Source: Heptranchias perlo (Eukaryota). From it: a stretch of DNA of 64,000 nt. Where the stretch lies: contig NC_090343.1 in assembly GCF_035084215.1 (NCBI RefSeq), positions 10,292,001 to 10,356,000 of the forward strand, written 5' to 3'. Positions 62,342-64,000 of this stretch are shown in pieces. Positions within the stretch are counted from its first letter, which is position 1; each line of letters opens with the position of its first letter. A model generated the notes under the pieces. That model did no database searches. It was given only the letters and a program-made list of their open reading frames with translations, and was not told where the DNA came from. The position numbers and the translations under genes are program-made.

Positions 62342-64000
62342 GGGCTCGATATTAGCACCCGCTATCGGATGCGTTCCTGGCGGGGGGGGCTCCGAAAATC
62401 GGGGAATCCCGGAGCGGGTCGGGAGCCCAGCTCCAACCCGCCCACTTCCGGGTTCCCCACAGACGCGCTGACGTGCGCGCGCAGCCCCCGCATGTGGGAC
62501 TCCCGCAGGCAATTAAAGCTGGCGGGGTGCCACTTGACAGTATTTATGTAGGTATTTCAGGTCGTTAACAGACCTGATTAAGGGAATATTTCAGGAGGGG
62601 TGGGATTTTACAAACAACTGGGACTGTTTCCCGTACTGGGGGAAACACTCCCAGTTGAAATGGACATGTTGCAGCCATCAGCCTGTGGCAGCTGCAAAGT
62701 TCTATTTGACAGGTGGGGTGGGGGGGGAGACCCTTACTCATTGCAGGAGGACACTCTGTCACTTTGGACAAAGTTTGGCCTCCACCACCCTCCTCCTAAC
62801 AATCAAATTCACCAACTTGCACACTTACCTCGGGGTCCAGACACATGTACCTACCTTGCGGACCCCCTCAGATGTACATCTTCTGGATGGGGGCCGCCGT
62901 AGCAGCAGTCATGACCTCCTCGGAGGGCGAACAGCATCACCAGCCTCGCCGGCCACGCCGTCCACCTCTGACACGTGGAGCTCCACAACACAGTGCTGTG
63001 ACACATTCACCTGCACGGCAGGAGTGAGGGCAAAGGCAGAGAGAGATGCTTTGCAGAGGGCACTATCCTAGCCACAGGATCTACAGACCGAGGCTCAGCT
63101 TCCTGGACCTCTCTGAGCAGCAGTGCACACGGAGGCTCAGAGTCACTCGACATGTAGTCGTTGACATCTGCAGTCTCCTTCATGCCGAGCTGCTCCCAGC
63201 TGGCCCGAGCACCATCTTCTTACCTGTTGCTGTCAAAGCCCTCAACAACTTCTCCTCCGCATCCTTCCAGAGTGCCACCGGGGACATCGCCGACATCTCT
63301 CAGTCGTCTGCACAAAAGAGCCCTGCAAATACACCTACACCCACTCTGTAGTGACACAATGGGTGCCATCAGGTGTGGGTCTTCATTGTGATCCTCAGGA
63401 AAGGAAACCAGACAAGATTCGGAAAGACGTGGCAGTAGTGGTGCCAATATAATAAGTGATGTGAGTTGGTCAGAAATTAAATATAAGTAAAAATCATGAC
63501 AAACCCTCAAACACCCTTGTGCATCCCCTTCATGCTCACAACACGTTTGCCTTACGCTGCCTACTGTACATATGTGATGCATGCCCTGTGGCTGCAGCAT
63601 AGGTAATGGCAGGTTGAGTGAGGCTGACCGTGAAAGAGATGCATGAGAGGGTGAGTATGAGATAGACCCATGAGATTGTATGAGGATTGGGTTGAGTGGT
63701 AGTGACGGGATGAGTACTGGAGAGGTGAGTAAGTGCAGGTAAGATGAGGATGAGGTTTGAGTGGGTGCGAGGTGTGATGTGACAGAGTAGTGTTGGCAGT
63801 GCAGAAGGAGATGTGGGGTGGGGATGGTGATGTGGCAGACGGAATGTAGGGGAATGAGTAAGTATACTCACTTTGGCTGACCTACTTAGGTCATTGCAGC
63901 GTCTCCTGCACTGTGTGCAGGTGGGCGATATGTTGGTGGTGCAGGTGACCTCCTCTGCCACCTTGAGCCAGGCCTTCTTGGTGGCAGAGGCAGGCCGCTT
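62342..64000. mobile_element. Second PIF/Harbinger element (deletion derivative), runs off the window
   Basis: Begins GGGCTCGATATT like the TIR of 42064-45723. Homologous subterminal region, transposase N-terminal relic (YRPRLSFLDLSEQQCTRRL) and Myb/SANT piece (AWLKVAEEV...QCRRRCNDL) on the minus strand. Confidence 0.85.

Overview
This is vertebrate genomic DNA, very probably from a cartilaginous fish (shark). The repeat inventory points that way: SacSINE1/Deu-type SINEs, shark-type CR1 and L2 tails, Tx1-clade L1s and Penelope-like repeats. All host genes are on the minus strand. RAB5IF/C20orf24 has exons 1-2 here and continues off the left edge. TP53RK is complete (about 242 aa). There are two tandem paralogues of OCSTAMP: copy A is complete (3 coding exons, about 495 aa) and copy B has exons 2-3, with exon 1 presumably beyond the right edge. 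The rest is mostly transposable elements: many CR1/L2 fragments, a near full-length decayed Tx1-like L1, a complete PIF/Harbinger element with TIRs and a 3-bp TSD, a second Harbinger at the right edge, a solo LTR and local duplications. Three observations stand out. (1) The cell-fusion gene OCSTAMP is duplicated in an apparently boneless lineage, with amino-acid divergence concentrated in predicted extracellular segments. (2) Three TSD-flanked palindromic Penelope-like insertions carry minimal hammerhead ribozyme motifs, one of them a ~700-bp fold-back with an intact motif on each strand. (3) An inverted pair of closely related CR1 copies brackets the first coding exon of TP53RK. All calls were made by eye; no searches were run.
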